From positions 342,622-406,621 of the forward strand of contig CBDARC010000003.1 of assembly GCA_965199365.1 (NCBI GenBank): a stretch of DNA of 64,000 bases, given 5' to 3'. The stretch comes from Terriglobus sp. Lineage in GTDB: Bacteria; Acidobacteriota; Terriglobia; Terriglobales; Acidobacteriaceae. The translations under genes and the position numbers were made by a program. Of the stretch, positions 1-11,364 are shown in pieces (the stretch's first letter is position 1; each line of letters starts with the position of its first letter). The notes below the pieces were generated by a model. That model was given only the letters and a program-made list of their open reading frames with translations, was not told the origin of the DNA and searched no databases.

Positions 1-153
1 CAAGGCTTCCTTGACGCGCTTCTTCTCGCCGGGCTTCAGATAAAAGGAGTGGCGCTTGACTTCCTTGATGATGTCTTCCTGCTGCACCTTGCGCTTGAAG
101 CGGCGAAGAGCATTCTCGAGGGGCTCACCCTCTTGCAGACGAACTTCTGCCAA
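1..153 (-). CDS. rpsU: 30S ribosomal protein S21 (3' end runs off the window)
   Basis: Read manually, not in the ORF track. TTG start at 153 gives MAEVRLQEGEPLENALRRFKRKVQQEDIIKEVKRHSFYLKPGEKKRVKEAL, matching the bS21 pattern (ALRRFKRK ... E.KR...Y.KP). Confidence 0.95.
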   Translation of the reverse strand, partial: MAEVRLQEGEPLENALRRFKRKVQQEDIIKEVKRHSFYLKPGEKKRVKEAL

Positions 154-364
154 TGTAAAAACACCCCGCTCTCAGGCCCGCATGGCCAACTAATAGACTA
201 CCGCACTTGGAGAGAATCGCCTATCAGGCCGAGAGTTTCCGACAACGCCGTTTTCCGCGAGCCATCACCGGTCTGGCCGCGCTGTGTTGAGCGCCTATTT
301 CTCATCTCTGTTTCACGGAACAAAACACCTGCAGCGAGTGTCTACAACGTAGGGTTACGGCAAT

Positions 365-931
365 ATGTCACGAAGAAGGGTTCTGCGAAATGAGGCGCGC
401 GGTTTCCTAGCGTTGTTCGTGACCGGCCTGTCCGGGCTTTTGCCCGCTGTCGCACAAGTGACACCTGATTGCACGATTCTGGGCACGCCTCAGGTGAGTC
501 CCACGCTTGTCACCTTGGTGATTCAGCCGGGTGTCTCCTCCTACCGACGAGGCGAACGAATCTCGGTGACGTTGACCCTACGGTCTGGACGAAAAGGGGT
601 GTACTTGCCGGACTACTTCGGCTCATTTCTGGATACCTGCAGGCTCGGCTTCAGTAGCGAGGTGCTCACGCAAGGCGGCAAAGCCGCCGGCACGAGACAG
701 TATGGGTGTGCTAGTTCAGGTGCGTCGCCGGCCGTTACGTACGTCAAGCTTGGACCGGCGGAAACCCGCACCTGGACCACCGATCTTGAAACGGAGTCCA
801 TTGCTCCGGGACGATACTGCCTCTATGCGGAGTACATGAGCCCCGGACCTGATCCAGCTCTGTCGAGCGACAATGCGCTATTAGCGGTTGGACGCATCAC
901 CGCGCTGCCGCTAGCAATCAGAATCCGTTAG
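365..931 (+). CDS. Hypothetical secreted protein, probably beta-sandwich
   Basis: 188-aa ORF with a basic N-terminus, hydrophobic stretch and AxA-like cleavage site; beta-rich mature part with several Cys. No family recognised. Confidence 0.55.
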   Translation: MSRRRVLRNEARGFLALFVTGLSGLLPAVAQVTPDCTILGTPQVSPTLVTLVIQPGVSSYRRGERISVTLTLRSGRKGVYLPDYFGSFLDTCRLGFSSEVLTQGGKAAGTRQYGCASSGASPAVTYVKLGPAETRTWTTDLETESIAPGRYCLYAEYMSPGPDPALSSDNALLAVGRITALPLAIRIR

Positions 932-1499
932 GAGCAGGTCGGACGCACGCGACACAAAAGCACTTTCTCAAAGCGCCGTTCGCGAGAGTTCACGTACTTG
1001 CTCGAATAAACACTTCGCGCATTTGGGTAGTACGCAGTTGGATCAACGATTGTTGAGGCGGAATCCTCTAAGCACCGAAGTCTGAGACAAACGTGAGCTA
1101 TCGACTTCCCACTTCTTTTCACTAAGCGAATAGCTCTTTATGAATACAAACCGGTTCCACATCCAGCAGAACGTGCTCTGCCACCAATCTATCGCCTTAT
1201 TCGGTTGAAGTTTCGAACAATGAGCGAGCCTACACCAAGTTCCTGGGCCTTTTTTCTCGCCCCACGCAAAGTTGGGTAATCCCAACACTCGCCTTTGCCG
1301 GGGCATAATCCGGGGAATAGATCGTATAGGCGATCCTCACGCGCTTCATAGAAACAGTGTAACGACCTGTTGGTTCGATCCGCGTTGTTCATGCAAAGTC
1401 GGGTTTCCTGAGAGTGTGCCCTGTTGCCGATAACGCCGTTTGTAGGGAGTTTCATTCGTCGTCGGCACTCTCAAGGCCAATGGCGGATGGTGCCTCAGT

Positions 1500-1686
1500 T
1501 CAGTCGTTTAGGTTGTATCGACCGCGGAGTCCCGCAAGCAGCAAGAGGGCCGCTGCAAGGCCCGTTGTGAGCACGCTTCCCTTCGACGCCTTCATATGCT
1601 TTTCCATGAAGAAAGCAGCCATCAACAGGAGCGCCAAAACGTTGTAAAAGACCACGCGCAATCTTTTGGGGTTCAAGAGCTTTCAT
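1500..1686 (-). pseudogene. Possible small two-helix membrane protein with an out-of-frame start (frameshift or sequencing indel)
   Basis: Frame 1676->1500 reads (L)NPKRLRVVFYNVLALLLMAAFFMEKHMKASKGSVLTTGLAAALLLLAGLRGRYNLND*. The SD-preceded ATG (GAGGAG-N7-ATG at 1686) is one base out of frame. Confidence 0.3.
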
Positions 1687-1897
1687 CTCGTTTCTCCTCG
1701 ATCCGTGCGCTGCCACCTTCTCTGTAGCTTCAAAGATGTGCGAACAGACTTGCCATCGACGCATCGATTTGCCTGCAAGTAGTGGGTGCTGGAGCAGGAT
1801 AGCTTGCGCAGTGATCGTGTCTGCTGGGTTCACATGCTCATGAATCGGCTTCAGTCTAGATGAACCGACAGCTCCCGCGAAGTCGAGCTTTCGGAAA

Positions 1898-3070
1898 CTA
1901 AGCTTTTTCGTCAACTTTTCCATTCCTACCGTTGCAAAGCATCCGTCGGCAGTGCCGGGCGATCTGAATCTCCTCTTCAGCAGGTAGAACCTTGAGGTTT
2001 GTTGCGGCTGTATCGCCCATGTGGATACCAAGAAATCCGAGGCTCGCGCAGATGCGTTTGCGCACCTCTGCGCTGTGCTGGCCGATGCCGCCGGTGAAGA
2101 CGAGCAGGTCGAGGCCGCCAAGCAGCGCCGCGTAGCTGCCGATCTGCTTGCAGACAGCCGTGCAGAAGGCGTTCACGGCGAGTGCAGCGTCAGCGTCTCC
2201 CGTCGACGCTCGTTGCAGCAGGGCTTGCATGTCACTCTCGCCGCCTGACAGGCCGGCCAGACCGCATTGCCCATTGACCAGCTTCTCGAGCGCGTCTATG
2301 TCGAGACCTGCAGACCGCTCCAGGTACAGCAGCACGCCCGGGTCGAGGTCGCCGCTGCGCGTGCCCATGAGGATGCCGCCTGTCGGCGTCAGTCCCATGC
2401 TGGTGTCTATGGATGTGCCGCGCCGCACCGCGCAGAGGCTTGCTCCATTGCCGAGATGGGCGAAGACAGCTCTTTCTGGCAGTGTGTCGCCAAGGCGGTA
2501 GACCAGCGATTCATATGAGAGGCCGTGAAAGCCGTATCGCTGCACACCCTCGTCGAAGAACTTCTTCGGGATGGGCAGATGCGCCGCGACGGCTGGCATG
2601 TTGCGGTGGAAGGTGGTGTCGAAGCAGGCGAACTGCGTGCTCTGCGGGAAGGCAGTGCGCGCCGCATCGAGCAGCGCCAGCGCCGGTGGTATGTGCAGCG
2701 GCGCAAAGTGCACGGCAGCGCGCAATTGCGCCTCGACGTCGGGAGTCAGCTCCTGATGCTCACGCAGGTGAGGACCGCCGTGCACGATGCGGTGTCCCAC
2801 GGCTACCGGCGGCTGCGGCAGGTGCGCTCGCATTGCGTCCATCGCTTTACCGAAGGCATCTTCGCGCGATTCGAGAACGTGATCCTGGTGAAGCAGTTGC
2901 TCGCCGCTGGCAGACGTCAGCTGCAGTGATCCGCTGTCGCGACCGATGCCATCGGCACTGCCCTGCAGCAGCAGGTCTTCGTCCCGCTCGCCCGGCCCAT
3001 ACAGGGCGAACTTGAGGGACGAAGACCCGCTGTTCAATACGAGGATGGTTTCGGCGGCGGGCATGGTCAT
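1898..3070 (-). CDS. ackA: Acetate kinase
   Basis: ILVLNSGSSSLKF, GHRIVHGG, APLH, FDTTFH, RYGFHGLS, HLGNGAS, MGTRSGDLDPG and FTGGIG motifs; lies directly downstream of xfp. Confidence 0.95.
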   Translation of the reverse strand: MTMPAAETILVLNSGSSSLKFALYGPGERDEDLLLQGSADGIGRDSGSLQLTSASGEQLLHQDHVLESREDAFGKAMDAMRAHLPQPPVAVGHRIVHGGPHLREHQELTPDVEAQLRAAVHFAPLHIPPALALLDAARTAFPQSTQFACFDTTFHRNMPAVAAHLPIPKKFFDEGVQRYGFHGLSYESLVYRLGDTLPERAVFAHLGNGASLCAVRRGTSIDTSMGLTPTGGILMGTRSGDLDPGVLLYLERSAGLDIDALEKLVNGQCGLAGLSGGESDMQALLQRASTGDADAALAVNAFCTAVCKQIGSYAALLGGLDLLVFTGGIGQHSAEVRKRICASLGFLGIHMGDTAATNLKVLPAEEEIQIARHCRRMLCNGRNGKVDEKA

Positions 3071-3076
3071 GGGCAG

Positions 3077-5461
3077 CTACGCAGGCCAGGTCCAGTTGCG
3101 AATCGCTTGCGTGTCGATGCCTTCGGTATAGGCCTGGTGCAGGTTTTCGATGATCTGCCCCTTGAGCCATTCCTTCACGTGGGCTGCGGTCTTTTGCAGG
3201 TGCGGCACGCGGTCAATCACGTCCATCGACAGGTTGAAGCGATCGACCTGGTTAATGATTGCGAGCTCGAGCGGCGTGTTGATGTTGCCCTTCTCCTTGT
3301 AGCCGCGCACGTGGAAGTTCTCGTGATTGGTGCGGCGATACGTGAGCTTATGGATGAGAGAGGCGTAACTGTGGAAGTTGAAGATCACCGGCTTGTCCGT
3401 CGTAAACAGTGCGTCGAAATCGCGGCTGTTCAATCCGTGCGGATGTTCTTCCGCCGGCATCAGGCGGAAGAGATCGACCACGTTGACGAAGCGCACCTTC
3501 AAGTCAGGAAAATGCTCCTTCAGGATGGCCGCCGCGGCGAGCGTCTCCATGGTGGCGATGTCGCCCGCGCAGGCGAGCACCACGTCGGGTTCGCTGCCGG
3601 CGTCGGTGCTTGCCCAGTCCCAGATGCCGATGCCCTTGGTGCAGTGGACCACGGCGTCTTCCATGTTCAGGAAGACAAGGTGCGGCTGCTTATCCGCCAC
3701 GATCACGTTGTAGTAATCGACCGATCGCAGGCAGTGATCGGCCACGCTCAACAGGCAGTTCGCGTCGGGCGGCAGGTAGATGCGCACCACGTCCGGGCTT
3801 TTGTTGGTGACGACATCGAGGAATCCGGGGTCCTGGTGGGTAAAGCCGTTATGATCCTGCCGCCAGACCAGCGACGTAATCAGCAGGTTTATCGACGCGA
3901 TCGGCGCTCGCCAATCGAGTTCCTTCTTTGATTTCTCCAGCCACTTGGCATGCTGGTTGAACATGGAATCGATCACATGGACGAACGACTCGTATGTCGA
4001 GAACAGACCGTGGCGGCCGGTCAGCACGTAGCCTTCGAACCAGCCCTCAAGCGTGTGCTCGCTCAACATTTCCATCACGCGACCGTCGAGCGTGATCTCC
4101 GTACCATCTGCGTCTTCCGGCAGATACTCGGCGACCCACGTCTTTTCTGAGGCAGCATAAATACCATCCAGCTTGTTCGACGCCGTCTCATCCGGGCCGA
4201 AGACGCGGAACTTGGTCATGTTCGCCTTCATCACGTCGCGGAGGAAGGTGGCGAGCACGAACGTAGGCGACTCATAGATCTGCGCGTTGCCCTTCGGGTC
4301 GACGGCATACGTCTGAAATTCGGGCAGCGTCAAGGGCTTGCGCAGCACACCGCCGTTGGCGTGAGGATTGGCCGTGATGCGGCGCGTCCCGACGGGCGCA
4401 AGCGCCTGCAGCTCCGGACGAAAGGTGCCCTTCTCATCGAAGAGTTCTTCGGGACGGTAGCTGCGCAGCCACTCCTCGACCAGCTTTAAGCTGATGGGGT
4501 TGGTTTCCGGATCGAGTACCGGCACCTGGTGCGCACGCCAGAAATCTTCTACCTTGTGGCCGTTTACTTCCTTCGGACCGGTCCAGCCCTTGGGCGAACG
4601 CAGCACGATCATCGGCCATGCCGGTCGCTCGAACTTGCCTGAGGTGCGCGCCTGTTCCTGGATGGCGCGAATCTCCAGGACACAGTGCTCCATCGTCTGC
4701 GCCATCAGCTGGTGCATGGTGTCAGGGTCGTTGCCCTCAACGAAGTAGGGCGTGTAGCCGTAGCCGCGTAGCAGCCATTCCACCTCCTGCCGAGGTATGC
4801 GCGCCAGGATGGTCGGGTTCGCGATCTTGTAGCCGTTCAGGTGCAGGATGGGCAGCACCGCTCCATCGCGGATCGGATTGAGAAACTTGTTTGCATGCCA
4901 CGAGGTTGCCAGTGGACCGGTCTCGGCTTCGCCGTCGCCGATCACGCAGGCCACGATCAGGTCTGGATTGTCGAAGGCCGCGCCATACGCGTGCGACAGG
5001 CTATAGCCGAGTTCCCCGCCCTCGTGGATCGACCCCGGCGTCTCCGGCGTGCAATGGCTGCCGAGCGCGCCGGGGAACGAGAAGCGCTGAAACAGCGTCA
5101 GCATGCCCTGCTCGTCCTGGCTGCACTGCGGATAGATCTCGGAGTAGTGCCCCTCAAGGTAGCTGTTCGAAAGCGTCGCCGGCGCGCCGTGGCCCGGGCC
5201 TGAGATGTAGATGACATTCAGATCGTACTTGCGGATGAGGCGGTTCAGATGCACCCAGACAAACGACTGGCCCGGATCGGAACCCCAGTGGCCCAGCAGG
5301 CGGTGCTTGATGTGTTCCGGCTTCAGCGGCTCTCGCAGAAGCGGATTCGCTCGAAGGTAGATCATGCAGGCGGAAAGATAGTTGCAGGCGCGCCAGTAGG
5401 CGTTCATCAGCCCGAGTTCTTCTTGGCCCAGTGGAGCGCTGTTTGCAGAAAGGTCTGCCAC
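3077..5461 (-). CDS. xfp: Phosphoketolase (xylulose-5-P/fructose-6-P)
   Basis: [25 protein letters not shown]-binding [28 protein letters not shown] and [12 protein letters not shown] motifs; 794 aa. Confidence 0.96.
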   Translation of the reverse strand: MADLSANSAPLGQEELGLMNAYWRACNYLSACMIYLRANPLLREPLKPEHIKHRLLGHWGSDPGQSFVWVHLNRLIRKYDLNVIYISGPGHGAPATLSNSYLEGHYSEIYPQCSQDEQGMLTLFQRFSFPGALGSHCTPETPGSIHEGGELGYSLSHAYGAAFDNPDLIVACVIGDGEAETGPLATSWHANKFLNPIRDGAVLPILHLNGYKIANPTILARIPRQEVEWLLRGYGYTPYFVEGNDPDTMHQLMAQTMEHCVLEIRAIQEQARTSGKFERPAWPMIVLRSPKGWTGPKEVNGHKVEDFWRAHQVPVLDPETNPISLKLVEEWLRSYRPEELFDEKGTFRPELQALAPVGTRRITANPHANGGVLRKPLTLPEFQTYAVDPKGNAQIYESPTFVLATFLRDVMKANMTKFRVFGPDETASNKLDGIYAASEKTWVAEYLPEDADGTEITLDGRVMEMLSEHTLEGWFEGYVLTGRHGLFSTYESFVHVIDSMFNQHAKWLEKSKKELDWRAPIASINLLITSLVWRQDHNGFTHQDPGFLDVVTNKSPDVVRIYLPPDANCLLSVADHCLRSVDYYNVIVADKQPHLVFLNMEDAVVHCTKGIGIWDWASTDAGSEPDVVLACAGDIATMETLAAAAILKEHFPDLKVRFVNVVDLFRLMPAEEHPHGLNSRDFDALFTTDKPVIFNFHSYASLIHKLTYRRTNHENFHVRGYKEKGNINTPLELAIINQVDRFNLSMDVIDRVPHLQKTAAHVKEWLKGQIIENLHQAYTEGIDTQAIRNWTWPA

Positions 5462-5782
5462 GTTACTACCTCGTTTAAGTGTTGTGCGCGGTTTGAGGAG
5501 ATCAGCAACGGCATGATCAGCCGTTTCAGCGGAAGCAATGAAGGTCGACTGTAAAGAAGCTGCACGGAGTGTTCACGGCATGATGCAGGTCAATAGTTGC
5601 GATGCACTGAACTAAGTGGGACGCTGGTTCTGCACCCCTGGACGCCTAAGCACGGTAAATAACATTACGTTCACAATCCATCTTGATGGCGTCCGAAGCG
5701 GCTCTTGGGTGACTCAAATCACGGCGGAAAGCCTGGCCAACATGTCTTCGGCCGCGATTTCTGCTATACACGCTGATACACC

Positions 5783-8700
5783 ATGAACCGCCACACTGTT
5801 CCACTCCTCTTTGCTGCTGCCGCTCTGCTTGCTCTCCCTGTCCGCGGGCAGGCACCCGCTGCCGATCCGTACCGGGACGAGCCATTCGTCTTCGAACGTT
5901 ATGACACCACCGTCACCATGAAGGCGGACGGCACCGGAGACACAGTGCAACACGTGATCCTGCGCGTGCAGTCCGAGGGCGTGGCACGGCAATTCAGCGT
6001 TCTGAACCTGGCGTATGCTTCGGCTAATTCGACCGGCACCATGGATTTCGTGCGCGTCCACAAGCCCGACGGAACCACGGTCAACACACCTGTCGATGAC
6101 GCGATGGAGATGCCGGCTGAGGTAAGCCGCGAGGCCCCCATGTACTCCGACGTAAAGGAGAAGCACCTGCCGGTGCGCTCGGTTGCGGCAGGCGACCGGC
6201 TGGAGTACCAGTTCCACACCGCCATTACCAAAGCGTTGGCGCCGGGCCAGTTCTGGGGTGCGGAGCACTTCATTGTGCAGGGCGGCGTCGTCCTCAACCA
6301 GACCCTCACGCTTCAGGTGCCGGTCCAGACCTATGTGCAGGTCTGGAGTCCGAACCATACCGTGACGCCGGTAACGCGTGACGGCCTAAAGACGTGGACG
6401 TGGACATCGTCCCAGACAAAGGCGAGTGCCCGCGACGAGAACGGCCGCATGACAGCAGCCGACGTGAAGGACGTCGACGAAGACTCCGATGGGCGCAAGC
6501 TGCCGAGCGTGGCGTGGACCACGTTCCATAGCTGGGCCGAGGTCGGCGACTGGTATCGCAGCCTGGCAGAACAGCGACTGCAGCCGACCGCAACCGTTCG
6601 AGCCAAAGCCGACGAACTGACCAAAAGCGCGAAGACGCCGCAGGAGCAGGCAGAAGCGCTCTACCGCTTTGTCGCGACGCAGATTCGTTACATCTCGATC
6701 AGCTTCGGCGTGGGACGCTTTCAGCCGCACACGCCAGACGAGGTGCTCGACCACGGCTACGGCGACTGCAAGGACAAAGACACGCTGCTGGAATCACTGC
6801 TGCGTGCGAAAGGCCTGACCACCGCGCCGGTGCTGATCGGGGCCGGGATCGCGCCTGTTCCCGATGTACCGTCGCCCGCAGTCTTCAACCACGCGATCAC
6901 GACGGTTGAGCTGCCGGGCGCAGACGGCCAGACCCAGCGCATCTGGCTTGACTCAACAGCCGAAGTCGCGCCGTTCCGCGTACTGATGCCGGTGATCCGC
7001 GACCAGCAGGCGCTCGTCATCCCAGACAAAGCACCCGCGTCGCTCCAGAAAACGCCAGCCGATCCGCCCTACGCGTATCACGAGAACATGGTCGCGGATG
7101 GAATCCTCGACAAGGATGGCCTGCTGAAAGCGCACATAGTCTGGACGCTGCGCTCAGACAACGAGCTCGATTTGCGCTCGATGATGCAGCGCCTGTCACC
7201 AGCGCAATGGGACGACGCAATGCAGTACCTGTCGAACAGCATCGGTTTTGGCGGCAAAGTCAGTGGCACGGACATGCGGCAGTCCGATCCCTCCGCTCCG
7301 GTGAAGATCGCCTACGATTACAAGCGCGAAAAGTACGCTGGTTGGGAGAACAATCAATCACTGCCGCTCTTCCCAACGGCAGAAATCACCATGATCGATA
7401 AAGAGAAACAGCCGGAACACGATATCGATCTAGGTGTGCCACGCACCGTGGAGGCGCACAGCACGGTCACACTGCCGCCAGGCTACCGTGCAGAGCTGCC
7501 CGATGCGGTGCACGTGGAACGCGGATTCACAACGTACGACAAGACCTATCGGCTGGTGGATGGCAAAGTGTTTGCCGATCGCAAGCTCGTCGTTAAGGTA
7601 CACAAGCTGCCGCGCGACCGATGGAAGGACTATGTGGCCTTTCAGACAGCAACACTGCTTGGAGACGGTGAGCCGTATCTGCGCCTAATCCCTCCGGATC
7701 ACATGACCATCAAGGTGGAGGACAACAAGAGCGCGTCAACGGAGAAGGCCGCCGAAAGCAAGGAGTCTGCAACGGTCGTCGATCCCGGGGAAGGTGTGCG
7801 GCAGCAGTTGGTCGAGATTTCCACGATGCTGCAGCACCGCAACTTGGCCGGCGCGCGTCTGCGCCTGATTGCCTTGCGAAAAAGCTCACCGGATGCACCC
7901 TATGTGGAAGGCATGCTCGGCCTTGTGAAGGCAACCGACGGCGACTTTGACGGCGGCCTGGCGGACATCAAGGCGGAGATGAAGGCGCATCCGGACGATG
8001 ACGCCTGGATTGTACTGAGTATGGCCGGGCTTTACAGCAACAAGCAGCGCTATGCCGATGCCGATGCGCTGCTGAGTCAATACCAGGGCGGAGATGCTCG
8101 TGTACAGGGCGTACGAGCCTCGCTGCTGAATAAGCAGGGGGATCACGCCCAAGCGCTTGTTCTTCTGCAGGAAATGCAGACGCGAAAACCTGACGACCGC
8201 GGCATCGCAACAGAGGTCGCTAACACCTTCTACAGTATGCACCGCAATGAAGAAGCTGCTGCTGCCGCGAAAAAGGCAATGGACGGCAGCGACGATCCCG
8301 ATGTGATCAACAACAACGTGTATGTCCTTTCCGAGACAAAGCTCGACCTGCCTTTCGCCGAGGCGCAGTCGCGACGCTCCGTGGACCTGCTCGAAAAAGC
8401 AACGGCGGCTCGCGCCATTGAAGAAGTCAACACAAAAGCCTTTGCAGAGTCTGCGAACCTTACCGCGTCATGGGACACGCTCGGCTACATCCTGCTGCTG
8501 GAAAACAAGCCGAAAGAGGCAGAGCCCTACCTTCGCGCAGCCTGGTTCGATCAGGCAAACGTGATCGTCGGCAATCACCTGGGGCAGGCGTTTGAAGCGG
8601 AAGACCGCAAGGCCGAGGCGCTCTGGATCTATCGCCTGGCCCTCTCAGCCGAACACGCTGCCGATGCGAAAGAAGACGATGCGCAGGTGAAGGAAGCGGT

Positions 8701-9061
8701 CGCGCGGCTCGAGAAGGCCGGCGTAAAGCCGTCTACAGGCGAAGGGCATCCCGAGACGATGCAGGCTATGCGCAGCTTCCACGTGAAAAACCTCTCTGAC
8801 GCGGAGGGTGGCGGCACGGTCCGTGTGCAGCTCAAACCGGAGGGCATCGCCGATGCGACGCTGGTCTCCGGCGATCCCAGACTGAAGCCTTTGCTGGAAG
8901 ACGCGAAGACATTGAAGCTCGCTGGTGCGGAGCCTCCGAACTCACAGGCGCGCGTGCTGCGCGATGCGGTGGTTTATTGCGGCAAGAAAAGCACAACGTG
9001 CGACTTCGTCTTCCTGACCGCCTCCGGCATCGCAAACGAAGGCGCAGCGCAGGACCACTAG
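5783..9061 (+). CDS. Secreted DUF3857 / transglutaminase-like / TPR protein
   Basis: Signal peptide, DUF3857-like N-terminus, transglutaminase triad (GDCKDK Cys, FNHAI His, WLDST Asp) and helical TPR-like C-terminal region (WDTLGYILL). Confidence 0.85.
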   Translation: MNRHTVPLLFAAAALLALPVRGQAPAADPYRDEPFVFERYDTTVTMKADGTGDTVQHVILRVQSEGVARQFSVLNLAYASANSTGTMDFVRVHKPDGTTVNTPVDDAMEMPAEVSREAPMYSDVKEKHLPVRSVAAGDRLEYQFHTAITKALAPGQFWGAEHFIVQGGVVLNQTLTLQVPVQTYVQVWSPNHTVTPVTRDGLKTWTWTSSQTKASARDENGRMTAADVKDVDEDSDGRKLPSVAWTTFHSWAEVGDWYRSLAEQRLQPTATVRAKADELTKSAKTPQEQAEALYRFVATQIRYISISFGVGRFQPHTPDEVLDHGYGDCKDKDTLLESLLRAKGLTTAPVLIGAGIAPVPDVPSPAVFNHAITTVELPGADGQTQRIWLDSTAEVAPFRVLMPVIRDQQALVIPDKAPASLQKTPADPPYAYHENMVADGILDKDGLLKAHIVWTLRSDNELDLRSMMQRLSPAQWDDAMQYLSNSIGFGGKVSGTDMRQSDPSAPVKIAYDYKREKYAGWENNQSLPLFPTAEITMIDKEKQPEHDIDLGVPRTVEAHSTVTLPPGYRAELPDAVHVERGFTTYDKTYRLVDGKVFADRKLVVKVHKLPRDRWKDYVAFQTATLLGDGEPYLRLIPPDHMTIKVEDNKSASTEKAAESKESATVVDPGEGVRQQLVEISTMLQHRNLAGARLRLIALRKSSPDAPYVEGMLGLVKATDGDFDGGLADIKAEMKAHPDDDAWIVLSMAGLYSNKQRYADADALLSQYQGGDARVQGVRASLLNKQGDHAQALVLLQEMQTRKPDDRGIATEVANTFYSMHRNEEAAAAAKKAMDGSDDPDVINNNVYVLSETKLDLPFAEAQSRRSVDLLEKATAARAIEEVNTKAFAESANLTASWDTLGYILLLENKPKEAEPYLRAAWFDQANVIVGNHLGQAFEAEDRKAEALWIYRLALSAEHAADAKEDDAQVKEAVARLEKAGVKPSTGEGHPETMQAMRSFHVKNLSDAEGGGTVRVQLKPEGIADATLVSGDPRLKPLLEDAKTLKLAGAEPPNSQARVLRDAVVYCGKKSTTCDFVFLTASGIANEGAAQDH

Positions 9062-9064
9062 CCA

Positions 9065-11293
9065 CTACTCGCCGGGATGATAGGTGCGTTCGGTGTGGCC
9101 GCGGAGCTGGTCGGGGTAGAACAGGACCTCGCGCAGGTTGCCGCTGGCGTAGCGTTCGGCTTCGTCGTTGAAGTGTTTCGAGTCGGGGTGGCCGCTTTCG
9201 CCGCCGCAGGTGATGGCGCGGGCGTAGACGCGTTCCGGGCCGAACTCCACCACTGCGACGAAGCTGTTGCCGCTGGTGCCGTAGCGCTTTTTTGTCCCCG
9301 GATAGGCGCGCGCCGCGAACGATGCGAGCGAGCCCCAGGTCGCGCCGGCAAACGGCACGGGCATGCTCGGCCTGGCGTCGTCGAATGCCTGCACGATGGC
9401 AGCATCGTTGCGCTGGTAGCGATTGATCTCGCCCCACGGCGTCTTCCACGTCCCAAAGTCGGCGGCCAACTTGTCGCTCGCGGTCTGCAGCGATGTCAGT
9501 AGCGTGGCAGCAGGAACTTTCGTCGCGACGTAATCTTCCCACAGCATGCCCGACGCACGTGCCTCGCGGGCGACAGGCGTGCCGGCTGCTTCGCCCCAGT
9601 AAATCGCGAGTGATTCTGCGATAGAGTCGGCGCCCCACGTGAAGCCCCACGCGCGCAATGTGGCGATCTGGTCGGCCAGCGCGGCATGTTGCGGATCGTC
9701 CGCGGGCAGCGCATCGTAGGCCTTCAGCAGCGCGGGGATGGTGCGCGCAAACCACGGCTGATAAGGATCGAATGCTGCAGCAAGCAACCCGTCCAGCGTG
9801 AAGTCCTTCTTGTTGTTGAGCACGCGTGTCATGTGCACGCCACGTGAAGTCTCCACGCCCTGTTCGACATACGGCGGGTAGTCGGCGCGCTTCAGCGAGC
9901 TTTCGCCCGCGCCGTTCCATGGGCTGTTGTTGACGTTGCCGAGCCACCCGCTGTGCGGGTTCTTCAGCTGCGGAATCTGCGCAAGCGGCATCAGTCCCTG
10001 CCAGTCCGTCGCAGGATTACTGCCATCGACCGGCTTGGTGAAGTCGTAACGCGTGTCGCGTTCAGGAATGAAGTTGCCATGCCAATAGGCAATGTCGCCG
10101 TTCGCGTCGGCAAAGATGGTGTTGTTCGACGAATTCGCCATCAGCGCCATGGTGTCGCGATAGTCCGCGTAGGTACGGGCCTTCGTGCGCAGGTAGCTTT
10201 GCTCTAACGCGGGAACCGGCTTGTTCATCAGCTCGATGGAAACCCACGCCTCGCCGTCGGCACGCACGACGGGACCGCGGTGATCAAACTTCGCGTCAAA
10301 GCTGCGCTGCCGCAGGGTGCCATCTGTAGCCTTGTACTGCAGCATGATGCGCCGCGTCACGAACGGCCTGACCTTGTCACCGAACTTATAGCCCGTGACG
10401 GTGTTGCCGGTTCGCACAAGGGTGTTTCGAAACTCGTCGATAGCATCGACGTTGCTGCTGGTGTGCATCCACCCGGCGCGGTCATTAAAGCCCTGGTAGA
10501 TGAAGAACTGCCCCCATGTCACTGCTCCATACGCGTTCAGGCCCTCGTCGCTCTGCATCTGCAACTCGCTGCGAAAGAAGAACGAGGTGTGCGGATTGAT
10601 GAGGAGCAGCGCATGGTGCGACGTGGTGTTCGCCGGAGCGATGGCGGCGCCGTTCGATCCACCGGGCTCGACCTCGCGGTTGACCTGCGCCAGTTGCGCG
10701 ACCGTTGCGTTGCGCTGATCGATGCGGCTTTGGGCCGGACTCTTTGCACCGTAGAAGCTTTCCAACTCTCGCAGGTTCACGCGTTCAATATCGCCGCCGA
10801 TAGAGCCCTCGGTAAACGACAGCGCCATCCATGGCTCGAAGTGCGTGATCACACGCGCGTGCGTCTCGGGATGCTTACTTAGATAGAAGTTGGCGCCGTC
10901 CGCCCACGCCTCCATCAGCGACTTCAGCCATGCAGGGCTTGCGGCGAAATCCTGCTGCAGCACCGCTGGATCGATGAAGAGCTGCTGCCGCAGATCCTGC
11001 CAGATCTTTCCTTCGCCTTCAGCTTCAGCCAGGCGGCCAAGCGAGACCAGGTAATTCGTCTCCACCCGGTTGAAGTCGTCTTCGCACTGTGCATAGATCA
11101 TGCCGAAGACCGCGTCTGCGTCGGTTTTGCCGTGGACGTGCGCGATGCCCCAGGTGTCCCGCACGACCGTGGTGGCACGCGCATGCGCACTCCAGCGCGC
11201 AGACTCCGGCAGACTGGCGCTGACAGATCCCTTCTGCGCGTGTGCGGCGGTGAAGGCAAGACACAGCGACACGAGGGCGACAGCAAATCTCAT
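9065..11293 (-). CDS. Penicillin acylase family (Ntn-hydrolase), secreted
   Basis: Signal peptide, VVRDTWGIAHVHG, AQCED, autoproteolytic nucleophile GSNG, LLINPH, FNDRAGWMHT and GGESGHPDSKHF motifs. Confidence 0.9.
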   Translation of the reverse strand: MRFAVALVSLCLAFTAAHAQKGSVSASLPESARWSAHARATTVVRDTWGIAHVHGKTDADAVFGMIYAQCEDDFNRVETNYLVSLGRLAEAEGEGKIWQDLRQQLFIDPAVLQQDFAASPAWLKSLMEAWADGANFYLSKHPETHARVITHFEPWMALSFTEGSIGGDIERVNLRELESFYGAKSPAQSRIDQRNATVAQLAQVNREVEPGGSNGAAIAPANTTSHHALLLINPHTSFFFRSELQMQSDEGLNAYGAVTWGQFFIYQGFNDRAGWMHTSSNVDAIDEFRNTLVRTGNTVTGYKFGDKVRPFVTRRIMLQYKATDGTLRQRSFDAKFDHRGPVVRADGEAWVSIELMNKPVPALEQSYLRTKARTYADYRDTMALMANSSNNTIFADANGDIAYWHGNFIPERDTRYDFTKPVDGSNPATDWQGLMPLAQIPQLKNPHSGWLGNVNNSPWNGAGESSLKRADYPPYVEQGVETSRGVHMTRVLNNKKDFTLDGLLAAAFDPYQPWFARTIPALLKAYDALPADDPQHAALADQIATLRAWGFTWGADSIAESLAIYWGEAAGTPVAREARASGMLWEDYVATKVPAATLLTSLQTASDKLAADFGTWKTPWGEINRYQRNDAAIVQAFDDARPSMPVPFAGATWGSLASFAARAYPGTKKRYGTSGNSFVAVVEFGPERVYARAITCGGESGHPDSKHFNDEAERYASGNLREVLFYPDQLRGHTERTYHPGE

Positions 11294-11364
11294 CAGGGAT
11301 AGCTCCGGCGGTGTTCTGAATCTAGCTGCTCGCCGACGGTTCTGTCATCTCAGGTTGATACGGC

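Noticed and set aside
49-393. 114-aa plus-strand ORF
   Set aside because: Antisense shadow of rpsU, which is clearly encoded on the minus strand.
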